Assembly (NCBI GenBank): GCA_040954595.2
Contig: CM082590.2
Span: 3,844,001-3,908,000 of the forward strand
Direction: 5' to 3'
Source of the DNA: Balanoglossus misakiensis
Lineage: Eukaryota; Animalia; Hemichordata
DNA length: 64,000 nucleotides
Below, one piece after another: positions 14,218-26,329 of this stretch. Positions within the stretch are counted from its first letter, which is position 1. The number at the start of each line of letters is the position of its first letter. The notes below the pieces were generated by a model, which was not told the origin of the DNA, did no database searches, and saw only the letters and a list, made by a program, of their open reading frames with translations. The position numbers and the translations under genes were made by a program.

Positions 14218-15964
14218 CTGAAAATGCTTGTGTAACAGTCCGCTTAAAAATAATCGATGTTGTTCGACGATATGACCCGGAAGTATACGTTGACCTCTCC
14301 GGCTCCATGTTAGACTTGTAAATACAGAAGTGTTGCGTTGATCGTGAAACGATACGTTTACCGTGGGGAAAACAGCTTTTGAATGGCAATTAAACAGTAA
14401 AACAGTTACTGGATAATGTATAACACCCTAAGGTAACGTATTAGCCAAGTTTTAACTTTATTACGGGCCTGATTTCGACACAACATCGATCAATCGCCTA
14501 CAAATGTTGGTCCCATATGGACAGAATGCCAGGTTTACCATACATGACTACGTACATGTGAGGAGCTCAGCTGGTGTATTTTTATTTTTTTTCTCCGTAT
14601 CGTGGCCTGGGATATAAGTAGACGTTTCGAAAATGCAAAATGCCAACTGTAACTTCGAAACCATTTCCCTTTTTTCGCTGATGATATATGCAATAAATAT
14701 TTGTGTCTGAAGGCAAGCAATTTTGTTTTGACTTTAGTTGTCATCATCGCATTGGGCTGAACAGGACAGAGTTTGAGCTGATCAGCTGACTTCAAGTTAC
14801 AATTTGGAACATATAATTTGATCATATCAGACAGATTTGATGGTCCAAGTCTATGAATGTATTCACAAATAAGAAATTAAATCTTGAAAACAATACGATC
14901 AGACACAGGTAACCAATGCAACTGAAATTGCATTGATGTAAAAGGTGATTTTGGAACTAGCAGCAATATTTTGAACTTGAATACGGCTGATCTAGTAGTT
15001 AGGGAGCCCAAATAAAAGTGAATTACACAAATCTATTCGAAATGCAACAAAAGCAGGAACTTTATTGCTCTGTGGCGGCTTGAGATAAATATTTACAGAC
15101 AAGTGCAATATGCTGCAAATGAAAAGCGACTGAATGGCAGATCTGTGCAATCATTGTCAGACAATGAACAGGTTTCAGAGCATCGCAACATGAATTTCTG
15201 TAATCCCTCTGGCAGATAGATTACCCGAAGTAGCATAAAAAATAACAAATTCAGTCTTATCGTTATTTAAACACAAGACATTTTCAGACATTCATTACCG
15301 ACATCGGAAATACAACGTTCTAGATTTGAAAGCATTCTGGGAGCATTCTCCTTGGTAAAAGACAATGAAGAGCCATCTGCATAAAAGCTATATACAGGCA
15401 TCCATGACTAGAAACTAATTCACCTAATGGAGAAGTGTACATATTAAAACGTATACGACAAAGAACTGATCCCTGTGTTACCCCAGTGTCAAGCGGATAA
15501 AATGGTGATTGTTTGGAACATAGTTATAGTAACCATGTCTGAAATTAACACATACACACTGGGTGTGATTGGAAAGGTATGACTGAAACCACAATAGGGC
15601 TGCAACCCCCAAAAGACCAAATCAATTTCATTGATGATTCATTATATGTCATCATAGTCACCATCATTGGAATCACAAATCACCCTTCTTTGAATTATCA
15701 GTTTGTTTTTCTTCCGTCCAGTTATATCCATCAGTCAGATCGTCAAAGTCAGAATCAGTCTCGTAAATATTTCCCTCTTCTTCTCTTAAAATGTCAAATT
15801 CATGTGACTCCTCCTGTAAAATTGCATCAAAGCTATTTTCCATATTATGATGTTCAGTATCAGTGATTGGTCACATGGTGATTCTAATAGTGGTGACTTA
15901 TCTGTATATTTTGGGCATACCCCATACTTTTTCGATGTGGCACAGAATCCAGGGTTCCCGTTAT

Positions 15965-16073
15965 GTGGATTACTGCAGTCATTACATCGACACGCAGGGC
16001 CACAACCATTGTGAGTCTTATAACATTTACAACATCTGCTATTACAAGTTGGCATCTTTTTGCAGCCACACCC
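15965..16073 (-). other. Cys-rich CXC/Cys8 finger of the Academ protein
   Basis: GCGCKKMPTCNSRCCKCYKTHNGCGPACRCNDCSNP in ORF 15786..16103. Confidence 0.8.
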
Positions 16074-16539
16074 TTTTGTTAGCAACTCCAAATTATTTTT
16101 CACTTTTTCTAAATTGGCATCACTGTCCCAAATAATATCAAGTTCGCTGTTGCTTAGTCTGTATCCATAATCATTGAATAAGGGAAACGTAACATGGCAC
16201 TGATCGGCCTGGGACCATAACTGAGAGACCGAGCATGATCTTTTCCAGTGCAGATGTAGGGCTTCAAAGGAAGGGATACATTCTTCCTCATACTGGATAC
16301 GTGGCCAAATTGTTTCTCATATATATGTAAGCCATTTGATGTGGTTATCTTTAAGACTGTTAGTGACACTGGCTACTTGTCGATAAAGATCAAAAGGATG
16401 AGATGCATCAAATGCTTGGAAATATTTCTTAAAATAAACACTACCTATTAAACGTATGAAAGCGAAAATTCCATTCCCTACACTGTCTACTGTTGTGTCT
16501 ATCAGTGTTCCAGGTATAAGGGTGCCACTAGTTATAAAT

Positions 16540-17370
16540 TCAGAGTATTGAAAAGAATGTCTTGTAGAAAGATATCTTTCCGATGCCTGCAAAGTATGAC
16601 ACATAGTCACAACCTGTGCATATGAACAGTGTTTGAAATATTTTGCCTAAATATTGGAGGGGAATATGTTGCAAATCAGGGTCTAAATTTAAATCTGATT
16701 TGAATTGATTCATGTCTAAATAAGTGAGATTGGATAAATCATTATCAAGTTGTACAAATATGTCCTTTTGAACATGTTGATATAGTACTGGGAGGAGAAC
16801 ATGATAAGTATCGATATCAGGGGAATAAATAACACCTTTCTTGTAAGAGGACTGAACTGCATGAAGGATGCATCTACTGTCAGCTTCTTCATGACAACTT
16901 TTGGCTTCCCACTCAGACACAATTCCATTACTACCAACGAAAAGACTCTTGTCCCTATTTTCCCCATCAAAGCCACCTACTGTAATGAGGATCTGATCAC
17001 CTTGCAGAGCCGGTACAATTATTTTTAAAGATGTGGCTGACAAGAAGTTCACTAGTTTTCTCTTGTTTGGCCTACAATTGATGAATTTTCGCCATTCTCG
17101 TGGTAGAGGGGTTGAGTCATGAATATCATCTATTTCAATCAACTCTTCATTTTTTTTTTCCTACCTGGCACGTTCAATATCTTTAGGACTTATACCGAGT
17201 CTATGCGGGTCATCAAATAAAAGATGAACTTCGAAACAGAATTGAGTGAAGTGGGGAATAAGCCAACGTCTGACAAAAAAATCGGCATATTGCCCAACAT
17301 TTCTGTGGGCTGCCAGCGGAGCTTTATTGATTAAAAACATACCGTCTAATATCATAAATTCTGCGCGCCA
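16540..17370 (-). other. XPG/FEN-like PIN nuclease domain of the Academ protein
   Basis: ILDGM, FDDP, HEEADSR, SPDIDT and GCDYVSYFAGIGK (H3TH-like) motifs. Confidence 0.85.
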
Positions 17371-17757
17371 ACCAAATGGTAAAAAATCTTGAACCAGTTT
17401 GTCATACCGAGCCTTAAAAAACTTTGTGACATTACTTTTTGATCCCTTGTAGGGTAACCCATCAGTCATGCATATGGCTCTTGGGAATACAATAAACTGA
17501 TCTAATGTCTTCACTGGTTCTCCTGATTTTTTTGAGTGTGCAATTTGTAGTTTTAAACAGGCAGTAATAGTTCAATGGTCTTTGTCACCTTTCTTGGATT
17601 TTACTTTTTTCACTATTTTGTTGGCAAATGTTTTCAGCCTTCTTTTTCTTACAGGTGTGTCAGTGCTTGGCCGATGGAGAATTCTAACATTAATGTATGT
17701 CTGTAAATCTTGTTGCCGAATTGTTCTGATTGACAAAAAATCTTTTTGGGTGATTTT

Positions 17758-18048
17758 ATTAGGTCCCATTGGTATGTACCATGGGACCTTTTGGGATCAG
17801 TTGCGTCTGTATGTATGTATGTATGGATGTATGGATGGATGTATGGATGTATGTCTGTATGTCCGTCCGCATCAAAAACTTGTCATGACACATGGCAGTT
17901 TATTGGGCATGTTCCTTGTTAATTTTTTTACATTCCATATTTCTATATCTTAGATCATATCTGCTTGCAATGTCACCTGTTATTTTTATTCTGGTGTGTC
18001 ACTGTTTCCGCATAATCCTCAAATGGGACCACAGTGTCCTTGACGCTA
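17758..18048 (-). mobile_element. Short HINE (Helentron-associated) inserted into the Academ ORF
   Basis: Hairpin aggtcccattggta..taccatgggacct, (ATGT/ATGG)n microsatellite, subterminal IR ggtcccatt/aatgggacc, inserted in a T-run; removal restores ...DDTATKITQKDFL.... The same end gtgtccttgacgctattt occurs at ~13911-13928. Confidence 0.8.
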
Positions 18049-18639
18049 TTTGTTGCTGTGTCATCTGAAAATATATTAGTTAGCTCCCTGGCGGTATTAA
18101 GTGGTGAAAATACATCAGCACCTTCAAGACAATTGATATACAACCTGCAGTTTGACTCATGTATTTTATGTACGCTAACTGAATTATGGGTTTCATTTTG
18201 GAAAGGAAATAACTGATATTTTAGATTCTTGGCAGCCATAGCTCTATAGGGTAAATAAATTGCTATTCTCTCCATTAACCCACCTGTAGAAGTATGCAGT
18301 GCAGCTTTAACATCTTTATTGATGCACATTTCATGGGCTTCATGTAGTGCTACATTAACCCAAGTTGAGCCTGACAAATTGCAAACAAAACCACCTGCTT
18401 TGAAATGTAACAACAGAGAGTTTGGCATCTTCAGAAGGTCAGCAAGATGTCTGGGAATTAACCTCAAGTACAGGGATCGGTCATATGCATGGAACAGTGG
18501 GTTCATTTTTTTCAAAGCCAATATTCGAAGGTTCCAATTTCCTGACCTTATTGCAATGTACAAAGACATGTATGCAAACAAATCTTCCTCTATAAATCTA
18601 ACCCAAAATTTGAAAGTTTTGTCTGTATTTGCCCTTCTG

Positions 18640-19329
18640 CACAGTACGTGAAAACTCCCATAATTCATTCTGATTTGTACAATCAGAGATTACTCAGTCA
18701 AACCAGGCAAAGTTCACATGTGTAGAGAGAATTGTAGACCACTAATAGAAATTTTGAGATCTTACTTTTAAGGTGAATCTTATTGTCAATTACCATTTCA
18801 AATGATTTAGAAAATTATGTATTATTGAGAGAGGAGATACGAATTTTATAAAATAATCAAGTAATTGCATAGCCAGCCATACAAAAAAGTTTGGAGTAAA
18901 ACAAGGACACTTGAAACACCTGTTTAATCAAACAAAAAGATATTGATATTTTCTTTTTACAGAAGAATGGAAATTTACATGTTAACTTTGCCCTAACAAG
19001 CGCATTTGAGTATGACACGTGTTATAGATACTGGCGCTATACAAATTTTTCTGATTGATTGATTGATTGATAACTTTCAACAGAGACTGGCCACCTCAGT
19101 CAATCATTGCTTGGCATATGCAGTACATGAATACTTTGATTCTTATGGCTTTTAAATTTTGATTTTGGAATTTTCACTCTAATTCCTCAATGTACTTTTC
19201 CTAGATAAAAATAAATAGATTTATATGTACTTCATATCATTGTTAGTATCTAAAACAGAAAAAGTTATTAAATGGGCAACCTTCGATGATACAAATCATG
19301 GAGAATTTTGGGTAAAATATCGTACTGTG
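18640..19329. mobile_element. Transib-like non-autonomous element (690 bp)
   Basis: Ends CACAGTACG...CGTACTGTG, exact 5-bp TSD TTCTG (18635-18639, 19330-19334), imperfect ~45-bp TIR; excision restores in-frame FCDRRANTDK. Confidence 0.85.
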
Positions 19330-20414
19330 TTCTGTCACAAAAAATCTGAAATTCATCTTGCAAGCGAGTAAGTTGAGCCTTAAGGTCACCATTAATTTTG
19401 TCAATATGATCAGCTTTATCTTCAGTACATTCCAAAGATTTTGTGACAGCTTCTAGTAAACATTTTTGGACTGTTTCTGTATCTAAGGGACAGTGCTGGG
19501 TATTATGGGTTTCACCACTCTTATTCAAAAAGGAATTGACAAGACATCTAAACATACTTTCCAAAATTTGTGTTAGGAAGCGATGAGTTAGCTTGAAATT
19601 TGTACACAGTACTAGGGTTTCCAAAGTTCCCCCTTTATGATTGAACCCTGCCATATGTTTTAGGACAGCATCCCAGAATATTTTCATGATGACTGGTTGG
19701 TAATTTTTTAGAGTGTGCCAGTCTCTGATAAAAGGCTGCAACCAGTCTAAATTTGCACCATACATGTCTTTTAACTTTATCAGGTGATGGAAAGATTTCC
19801 CATCACCAACCACAACCAGGTATTTTATTCTTACACCAACTCTGAATGTAACATACAGCTTATTGATAATGTTATGGACAGTTTCAAATGAGTCTGCGTG
19901 TTCACTTGATATGCCCAAATAAATGACATTTGAGCATTCACTGTCATTACTGTTAGCAGTTATTGCTAATGTTGATTTAAAATCCCCAAATACTGTTTCT
20001 ATATCAGCTCTGTGCATTGCATTTTTCTGTAGAGCAAAAATGAATGCGTCAGAAAACAGTTCTGACCAAGCAATGGCTTCTTCTTGTTTAATGTCAAAAT
20101 CTGACAGCGAAATTGATGACTGTGGTTGATGTTGTCTCAGTAGAGGTGGTTTAATTAAATACTACATCATCATGAACAGTATCATTGGATTTTTTCTCCG
20201 TAAATGTACAGGCTTTTCTCACAGGTGCACTCAAACCTCTGTCAACCATGATTTTAGTATTATTTCCACAAGGAAAATTGCCAAAAATTTCATTCATTTC
20301 AGAGTCTACTGTATTTTGTGAACAAAAGCCACTGTTTAACTCCTGCCACCGTTCAAATGAATTCCGTGCATTTTCACTCACCAGACTATCTTTACGTTTA
20401 ATTAACTGCCTGTT

Positions 20415-20905
20415 AAGAAGCAAGTCATAATGGCCTGGTTGACCTGGTCTGTCTGGTGTGTACAAGAGACAGACAGGCTCAGTCTTGGAGAACACATCAC
20501 CAAATGTTTCTCCTCTTGCAAATATATCATTCTGCTTGGTGTATATATGTAATGGACGTTTTGCAACATACACTACAGATAACATTTCTGGCATACCAGC
20601 ATATTCATCTGCCTTTTCAATACATTGTGCTCTGTGCAAAATGTCCATATAACGAGTGCCGTCTAACAGGACATCAAGTTTTGCATCATCCATTCCTTCA
20701 AAGTATATATGATTGGCACGCATTATCATGTCTACTGTATCTGCTCTTAACTTGTCTGCGAATAGTTTCTCTCGGTCAGCTAAAATTGGGTCAGAAGGCA
20801 GTCCATTAGGTAGACGATCGCAATTTCGCAATGCAAAATCATTTCTCACAGAGATGCTTCTGAAAAAGCACCTTCCATCACAATAAATGTTGATTAGCTT
20901 AAAAT
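20415..20905 (-). other. OTU-family cysteine protease (deubiquitinase-like) domain inside the Academ transposase
   Basis: IYCDGRCFFRSIS (D-x-x-C), YAGMPEML..RPLHIY, PVCLLY..GHYDLL (His) in ORF 20151..20990. Confidence 0.85.
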
Positions 20906-22864
20906 CTTTGACAGTTGAATGTTTGTCATGACTGCCAAAAACAATATCATCAACACTGTTCAGAATTGACTTTGGTTTTGGTTGGACCATTTGATAAGAG
21001 GTACCGTTGAAACCTCTGTCCTTATGATCAGCTCTAACAGCTGCATATTTAGCTGATTTATCAATATTGTCAATGGAAGTTATTCAAAATGCATTATTCG
21101 CAATATTTTCCTCTGTGAAATCAGCTGATGTTCTTTTGTTGATAACTGCCAACATGTATCTATGCAATGTATCTCCAGAACAAATAATACCAAATCGATT
21201 TAGAATTTTCACTTGAGTAGATGACCTACTATAACCTTCAACAATGTCAGCCAGGTAAGTATGCAATGGGTAAGTACAATGATCAGAACAAGTGAACAAT
21301 AGCATACACACAAAACAAACGCCTGAGGAATCGTGCTCTACTCTCCATAGAGTGCCGGTCATAAAATCCATAGTAGTGTTTATTCCATTCAAAGTTGGAG
21401 CTTTTTAATTTACTGCGTTCACTGTTGTTCAACGTTAAATATACAACAGTGTTCCATAACACAGGGTCAATCTCACTGACAATATATTCAACATCAAGTG
21501 TACTCAGATCAACAATGTTTGTTTTGCAGTAATTACTGAATTCTTGAGATTGCTGATAAATGCTGACATTTGATTTCACAGCCACCAAATCAAGCATTTT
21601 GAAAAAGTCAACGTCAACTTTACTCAAGTCTCTTACTTGCTTTTCAAGCCTCTCTATCTGTTTCTCAGCTTGCACAACATACTGGCGATGTTCGACAAGT
21701 GCATTTTGGAGGGCAATAGTGAGATCTGAACCTGTTCAGTACAAAAAGGTGGAGAACTTTCTTCTCACTTTTGATACAACAGAAAGGTGAATTGGATAAT
21801 ACACACATAGAAATTCCCGAATAAGCCAGCTATTAGGTTTTCTGTGGAATTCCACTGGTTGTCACTTGACCTTGGGTCGCAAAGTCTGATATTCATTGTC
21901 TAAACAATCATTGAAATATTGCCTGACGTCAAACAATAGAATGGCGTGTTTTCTGAGGAGCACTTCTCCTAAAAAGACAACAGTTTTCCAGCATGCAAAA
22001 TTCACCAAGTTGGTGTCACAGCTGCAGCCTTTTTGTAGCATTGTGACATATTTTTTAATTTCTTCAGCAAGTGCTATATAACTCGACATAATTAGGCCTT
22101 GTTGAATACTACACCTGGCTTTTTCCGCTAAAGCAACAAATGTTTTATAACATTTCAAACAAATCAGGCTGTCTTGAGTAAGGGCAAATGGTGTGTTAGT
22201 CTGTTGGTGAAATGTTTGCACCATATCAAAATCAGGGATTTTAAACAAATTGTTTGCCCGTGATAAGCATGAAGTACACAAGGGATGGCTTTTTCTCATA
22301 GCAAGGATGTAGTGACGTTGACACAGTGGAAATGATGAAAATCCTTTAAAACCTGAGTTGTCTATACTCAATTTTGTACGCAGTCCTCCTCGCCTGAAAT
22401 CAGCTCTATAATGTCGCGTAAAAAATGGCCTATTCGCGACCCTTCAGCGGGGCCCACTCTAACAGCTACATGGTTTGAAGTACTTTCCCTCATTAATAAA
22501 TGTTAATGAGTACCGTGCGATCTGACTGTACAGACAGACACACACACATCGAGAGATTAACAGGCAAACACTGGATGACCCATAAGCTGCCAATGGCATG
22601 TGTACTGTACACACAGCAAATGGTCTCTTCAACAGATAGCCAGTTATGTAAACATGCAGTTACCATATCACTGTTATTATTGACAAATTGCATCCAAGTC
22701 CAGACCCAGGCTTGAATACAATGTTTAAACAATAACAACATTGCTTACCCTGCTTCACCGAGCTGAACAAGAAATGATGGTTGATAACCAGAGTAATACT
22801 GAATAAAAATTCAAAAGTTACAGATACAGGACCTTTCGTTGCCCACATATTGTATTGGTCTTAC

Positions 22865-22981
22865 CTGTACACTCTCCATTGACCAATCAATATTCCACAG
22901 CACAAGTGCAATAAAAAGAGCCTGCTGTATTCACACACTGGCCTTCACAATAATCTGCTCTCTCCATATATTCATTGACAT
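22865..22981 (-). pseudogene. Calcium-binding EGF-like exon 2 with in-frame stop
   Basis: cag|ATGTCAAT...CAG|gtaag, 117 bp; DVNEYMERADYCEGQCVNTAGSFYCTCAVEY*LVNGECT; first Cys replaced by Tyr, TGA stop. Confidence 0.85.
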
Positions 22982-23940
22982 CTGAAATCAAAGATAGTTA
23001 TTATTAATAAATTTATTATTATTTATTTCCTAACAAATGTAATACACATTCATCTCAGTGCATTTTCTAGAGAAAATAATAAAATTAGAAAACAAGTGAA
23101 AGCTTAAAGGATAAAAATTACACTTAAAAACCCCAAACAAACAGAAACAGTTCTGAAAGACAATCCCTATAAACCAAAAAAGCAATGGAATGAAAAAGTG
23201 CTGAATAAAAGGACGAGTCTTAAAAACCCCTTTGAAAACTGTCAATAGATCCAGCATTGTGGATAGAAGGTGCACAAACACTGAATCCTCTTTAGCCATA
23301 TGCCTTGTTAAGTTTTGAAATGATCATTCATGGTGATGAGTTATCAAGAATATACCCGTTAAAAAATTACTGCACCCTCAGAAAAGCATTTTGTATTGTT
23401 TTTAAAATGAGATGCAAACTATATGAATTTTCTAAGTGTATATTTATTCTTTGCAGAGGTAATTTATTTAGCTATAGGTTGATAATTTATGCTAATTTCA
23501 TTGAATTATGCAAATAAGTAGTGAAAATACTTGTACATGAATATATCAGACAGTCTTATAGTATCGTGTGAGGTTGATGACACATATTCTTAACCACATA
23601 TTTCTTGATCAATTAATTGTTTTTTACACCAAAGTCCTCAATATCCATGGTGATCCCTTTCTAGGAATTTTAACACTCTCTATCATTCTCATTTTAACAA
23701 AATCCCCTGAAACTTGTGTACCCTGTCAGCAAAACTTTGTCTGATTTTTAAAATACAGATTACTTTTTCACCCTTGCAAACAAATTTTCAAAGATAAGTT
23801 TTCACATTTGTTAATTTGTTTATATTATGCATAATTATAATTGGAAAAATTCTGAGATACAATTTCAACAAACATGTGTTCAGTACGTGTGTGCGGTTGA
23901 TTTCAAATTTTAAACGTGTGCAATGGACAGACAGGATGTG

Positions 23941-24135
23941 TGTTTAGCTGATTGTAACTATAGCAATATACAATCCCCAAACAGTGTAGCCACAGAAGAG
24001 ACCAATGTTTAGCTAATTGTAACCATAGCAATATGCAATACCCAAACAGTGTAGCCACAGAAGAGACCAATGTTTAGCTGATTGTAACCATAGCAATATA
24101 CAATCCCCAAACAGTGTAGCCACAGAAGAGACCAA
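23941..24135. repeat. Minisatellite, 3 x 65 bp
   Basis: tgtttagctgattgtaac...cacagaagagaccaa at 23941, 24006 and 24071. Confidence 0.9.
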
Positions 24136-24152
24136 AATCCACAGTTACATAC

Positions 24153-24275
24153 CGCCACATGCATGGCCATCTTCCAGCAGATAGAATCCTGGTCTGCAAG
24201 CGCAGAGATAACTACCATGGGTATTCTGACAATAGTGTTGACATGCATATCCACCACTGTGACATTCATTCATAT
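24153..24275 (-). pseudogene. Calcium-binding EGF-like exon 1 (open, 123 bp, phase 1-1)
   Basis: cag|ATATGAAT...GCG|gtatgt; DMNECHSGGYACQHYCQNTHGSYLCACRPGFYLLEDGHACG. Confidence 0.9.
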
Positions 24276-24525
24276 CTGGAGGGTAAGAAGAAATTAGAAA
24301 TTATTTACAAGCATTGAATTCACTTTAATTCCTTGGATTAAAAATACAGAAAAAATAGCCAACAGCTACTACAGCTAACTTAGCAAAAATGTCGACAAAA
24401 TTTTACAGTGACACTGGCGTACTCTGCCACTGATATGAGGATATAAGAAAGGGAACTGGAATATTTTTTCCTCTGTATAATCAAATTAACAGTAAATGAC
24501 TGCCATGGCAACATAACAGATGTTA

Positions 24526-24858
24526 CAGTCAAACCCGTGTTAGGTGCCACCTCTATATAGTGGCTACTCTGTTACAGTCCATATACATTGTGTTAGGTAT
24601 TGGTATTTACTGTTATGTATAAATTTGCAGTGTACGAGGCTGAACGAGTGAGCATGTGCAGTTGGCAATAAAAAAACAGCATGGCTGTCTAGTTTGTACA
24701 CACATGTCCTGTGTCGTCTAATCACTCTGGTATAAGCCCACAATAATATAGCAATATATTACACATTGCACATTAAATGACCTGACTGTAGAGGCCACCT
24801 TTCTATAAAGGCCAGTTAGGAAAGTCCCCTGTCTGGCCAGTATAGACAGGTTTGACTG
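24526..24858. mobile_element. Tc1/mariner-like MITE next to a splice donor
   Basis: TA|CAGTCAAACCCGT...ACAGGTTTGACTG|TA; right end lies a few bases inside the intron following exon 24866-25049. Confidence 0.65.
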
Positions 24859-24865
24859 TACCTAC

Positions 24866-25049
24866 CTCTTTGTGGCTGTGAATCTGTACCTGGCCATCTC
24901 TCCTGTGGCTGTGAGTTGATAGAATTCACAGCAGCAATTGGTGGCATCTTACTGAACTGACTAGCATTTGCCATTTGCATGACACCCTCTGTGGCTTTCA
25001 GTGCAGCAGCTGGTGCCTGCTGGGAAGTCATCTTTGGAGGTGAAGTTGC
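24866..25049 (-). pseudogene. Low-complexity (A/Q/P/S) exon, probably MED25 linker
   Basis: cag|GCA...GAG|gtagg, open, phase 0 to 1: ATSPPKMTSQQAPAAALKATEGVMQMANASQFSKMPPIAAVNSINSQPQERWPGTDSQPQR. Confidence 0.6.
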
Positions 25050-25474
25050 CTGTCCAAAAAGATTAACAAACCTAGTTAATATGGAGCATTATCAAGGCCA
25101 GTATTCAAAACCCCATTTTTAATTCATGACTGCAATTTTTGATTCGATGTTGAGCTTGCAACTCTCAAAGTCCTATTTTCAACACACATTTGGATGGGAT
25201 TGAGTTTTAGGGCTTATCAACATTAATCACATTAAAAATTGAATTTGATTACTGAGTCTGTGGCATTATCCAAAAAAGTCTTAGCATTTACAGAGTGGGT
25301 TTCTAGCAACCAAAACAGAAGTTTTGAATTTGTTTTGAAACAATAGTCTACTGTAAAGATAATGGTTAGACAAGGCTATGTGAAACAGTCAAAAACAGCT
25401 TTCAATTCACAGGATGGGTAACTAGAAACAGCTAATTTAAATCTCAAAAAGTAGAAGGTAGACCACAAGTGTAC

Positions 25475-25737
25475 CTGGGTGGATAAAAATTGTCTCATGG
25501 GGATACTTGAAACAGTCACATTGGGTTGTTGTATCCTGTTTGCTGTGACAGTGGATACTGGTTGGTTGGGAAAAGTGGTAGGCTGGGCAGAAGGCATTGA
25601 TGACCTTTGACCTTGGCCCTGCATCTGGGGCTGACTTGGTTGAGTCAGTTTCTGTTGAGAGGATGGCAGTTGTTGTGGAGACTGACTTCCAATTTGACTT
25701 GGTTGTCCAGGTGACAGATAACTTGTTGGTGTGGCAC
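25475..25737 (-). pseudogene. Low-complexity (Q/P/S/T) exon, probably MED25 linker
   Basis: tgcag|GTGCC...CCAG|gtac, open, phase 1 to 0: ATPTSYLSPGQPSQIGSQSPQQLPSSQQKLTQPSQPQMQGQGQRSSMPSAQPTTFPNQPVSTVTANRIQQPNVTVSSIPMRQFLSTQ. Confidence 0.65.
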
Positions 25738-25772
25738 CTGCAGTAAAAAGATCTAGTTGATTTATTTATATA

Positions 25773-25962
25773 CTGTAAAACGGGAAATTTCTGTGACAGG
25801 AAATGTTTGCAATATCAATAGAGACAGCTGTTACGCTACACTTAAATTTTGCTTTCTTATATTTCACTAACTGCACCAATATCCCCGAAAAACATTTTTA
25901 TGTGACTTTTAATTCGCATTTTTTGGTTCTCGCGAAGTTCACAATAATTTCCTGTTTGACAG
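25773..25962. mobile_element. Tc1/mariner(pogo)-like MITE
   Basis: TA|CTGTAAAACGGGAAATT...AATTTCCTGTTTGACAG|TA. Confidence 0.6.
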
Positions 25963-26329
25963 TAATTCATCCATCGCAAACACAAAAAGGAAGTCTACTT
26001 AGGATAGAATGACTGGAACAGGTGCGAGTCACCTCTTCAAAAACAATGAGAAGTAAAGTGCGTTGCACAAGGGCACAACATCGCTGTCATGAAGTCACCA
26101 TCCTCAGATAGACAAGTGACCTATCGGTCAAAAGAGCTCTGCTGACTTTAACAGTGTAACCTGGGCGATGATATGAATACCCTAGGTTTTAATTTATAAC
26201 AATTGTATTCTGTTGAACAAAACCAAACATAGACATCACAAGTATTTATCCAAATTCAGCTTGATTCATTGTGCCAAAGAAAGAAAGAATTGAATCCTAA
26301 AGAACAACATCAAAAGGAAGCACCAAGGT

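Larger units (their letters stand above)
15642..22420 (-). pseudogene. Academ transposase polyprotein (N-terminal CxxC region - DDE with OTU insert - XPG/PIN nuclease - CXC finger - acidic tail), disrupted
   Basis: Motifs in order: CQRHY/CTSC/CLKC; PLHTYLADIVE..LNRFGIICSGDT; ITSIDNIDK..GFNGTSYQMVQP (D1); OTU; VVVGDGK (D2) ..DWHTLKN; AIRSGNW..FHAYDRSLY; HEAHEMCINKDVK (E); ILDGMFLI..LLFDDP; HEEADSRCILHA..SPDIDT..TGCDYVSYFAGIGK; GCGCKK..CKC..CGPACRCNDCSN. Several stops and frameshifts plus two TE insertions; roughly 1900 codons once the insertions are removed. Confidence 0.85.
14240..22450 (-). mobile_element. Decayed AcademX-type DNA transposon in an intron (ends not resolved)
   Basis: Collinear transposase/XPG/Cys-finger coding fragments at 15642-22420; the CpG-richer non-coding flank at ~14240-14650 is probably subterminal. 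No matching TIR pair or TSD found, so both ends are approximate. Confidence 0.75.

Noticed and set aside
18640-19329. Spliceosomal intron in the transposase gene
   Set aside because: Ends are CAC...GTG inverted repeats with a 5-bp TSD, not GT-AG.
15642-22420. Multi-gene viral or Polinton/Maverick insert, or host XPG, tesmin and OTU genes
   Set aside because: The fragments join into one intronless frame with Academ domain order; no polymerase, capsid or packaging ATPase motifs are seen.
14225-22860. TIRs and TSD for the Academ element
   Set aside because: No inverted match found by eye between ~14230-14400 and ~22400-22860; the 5' end appears truncated or rearranged.
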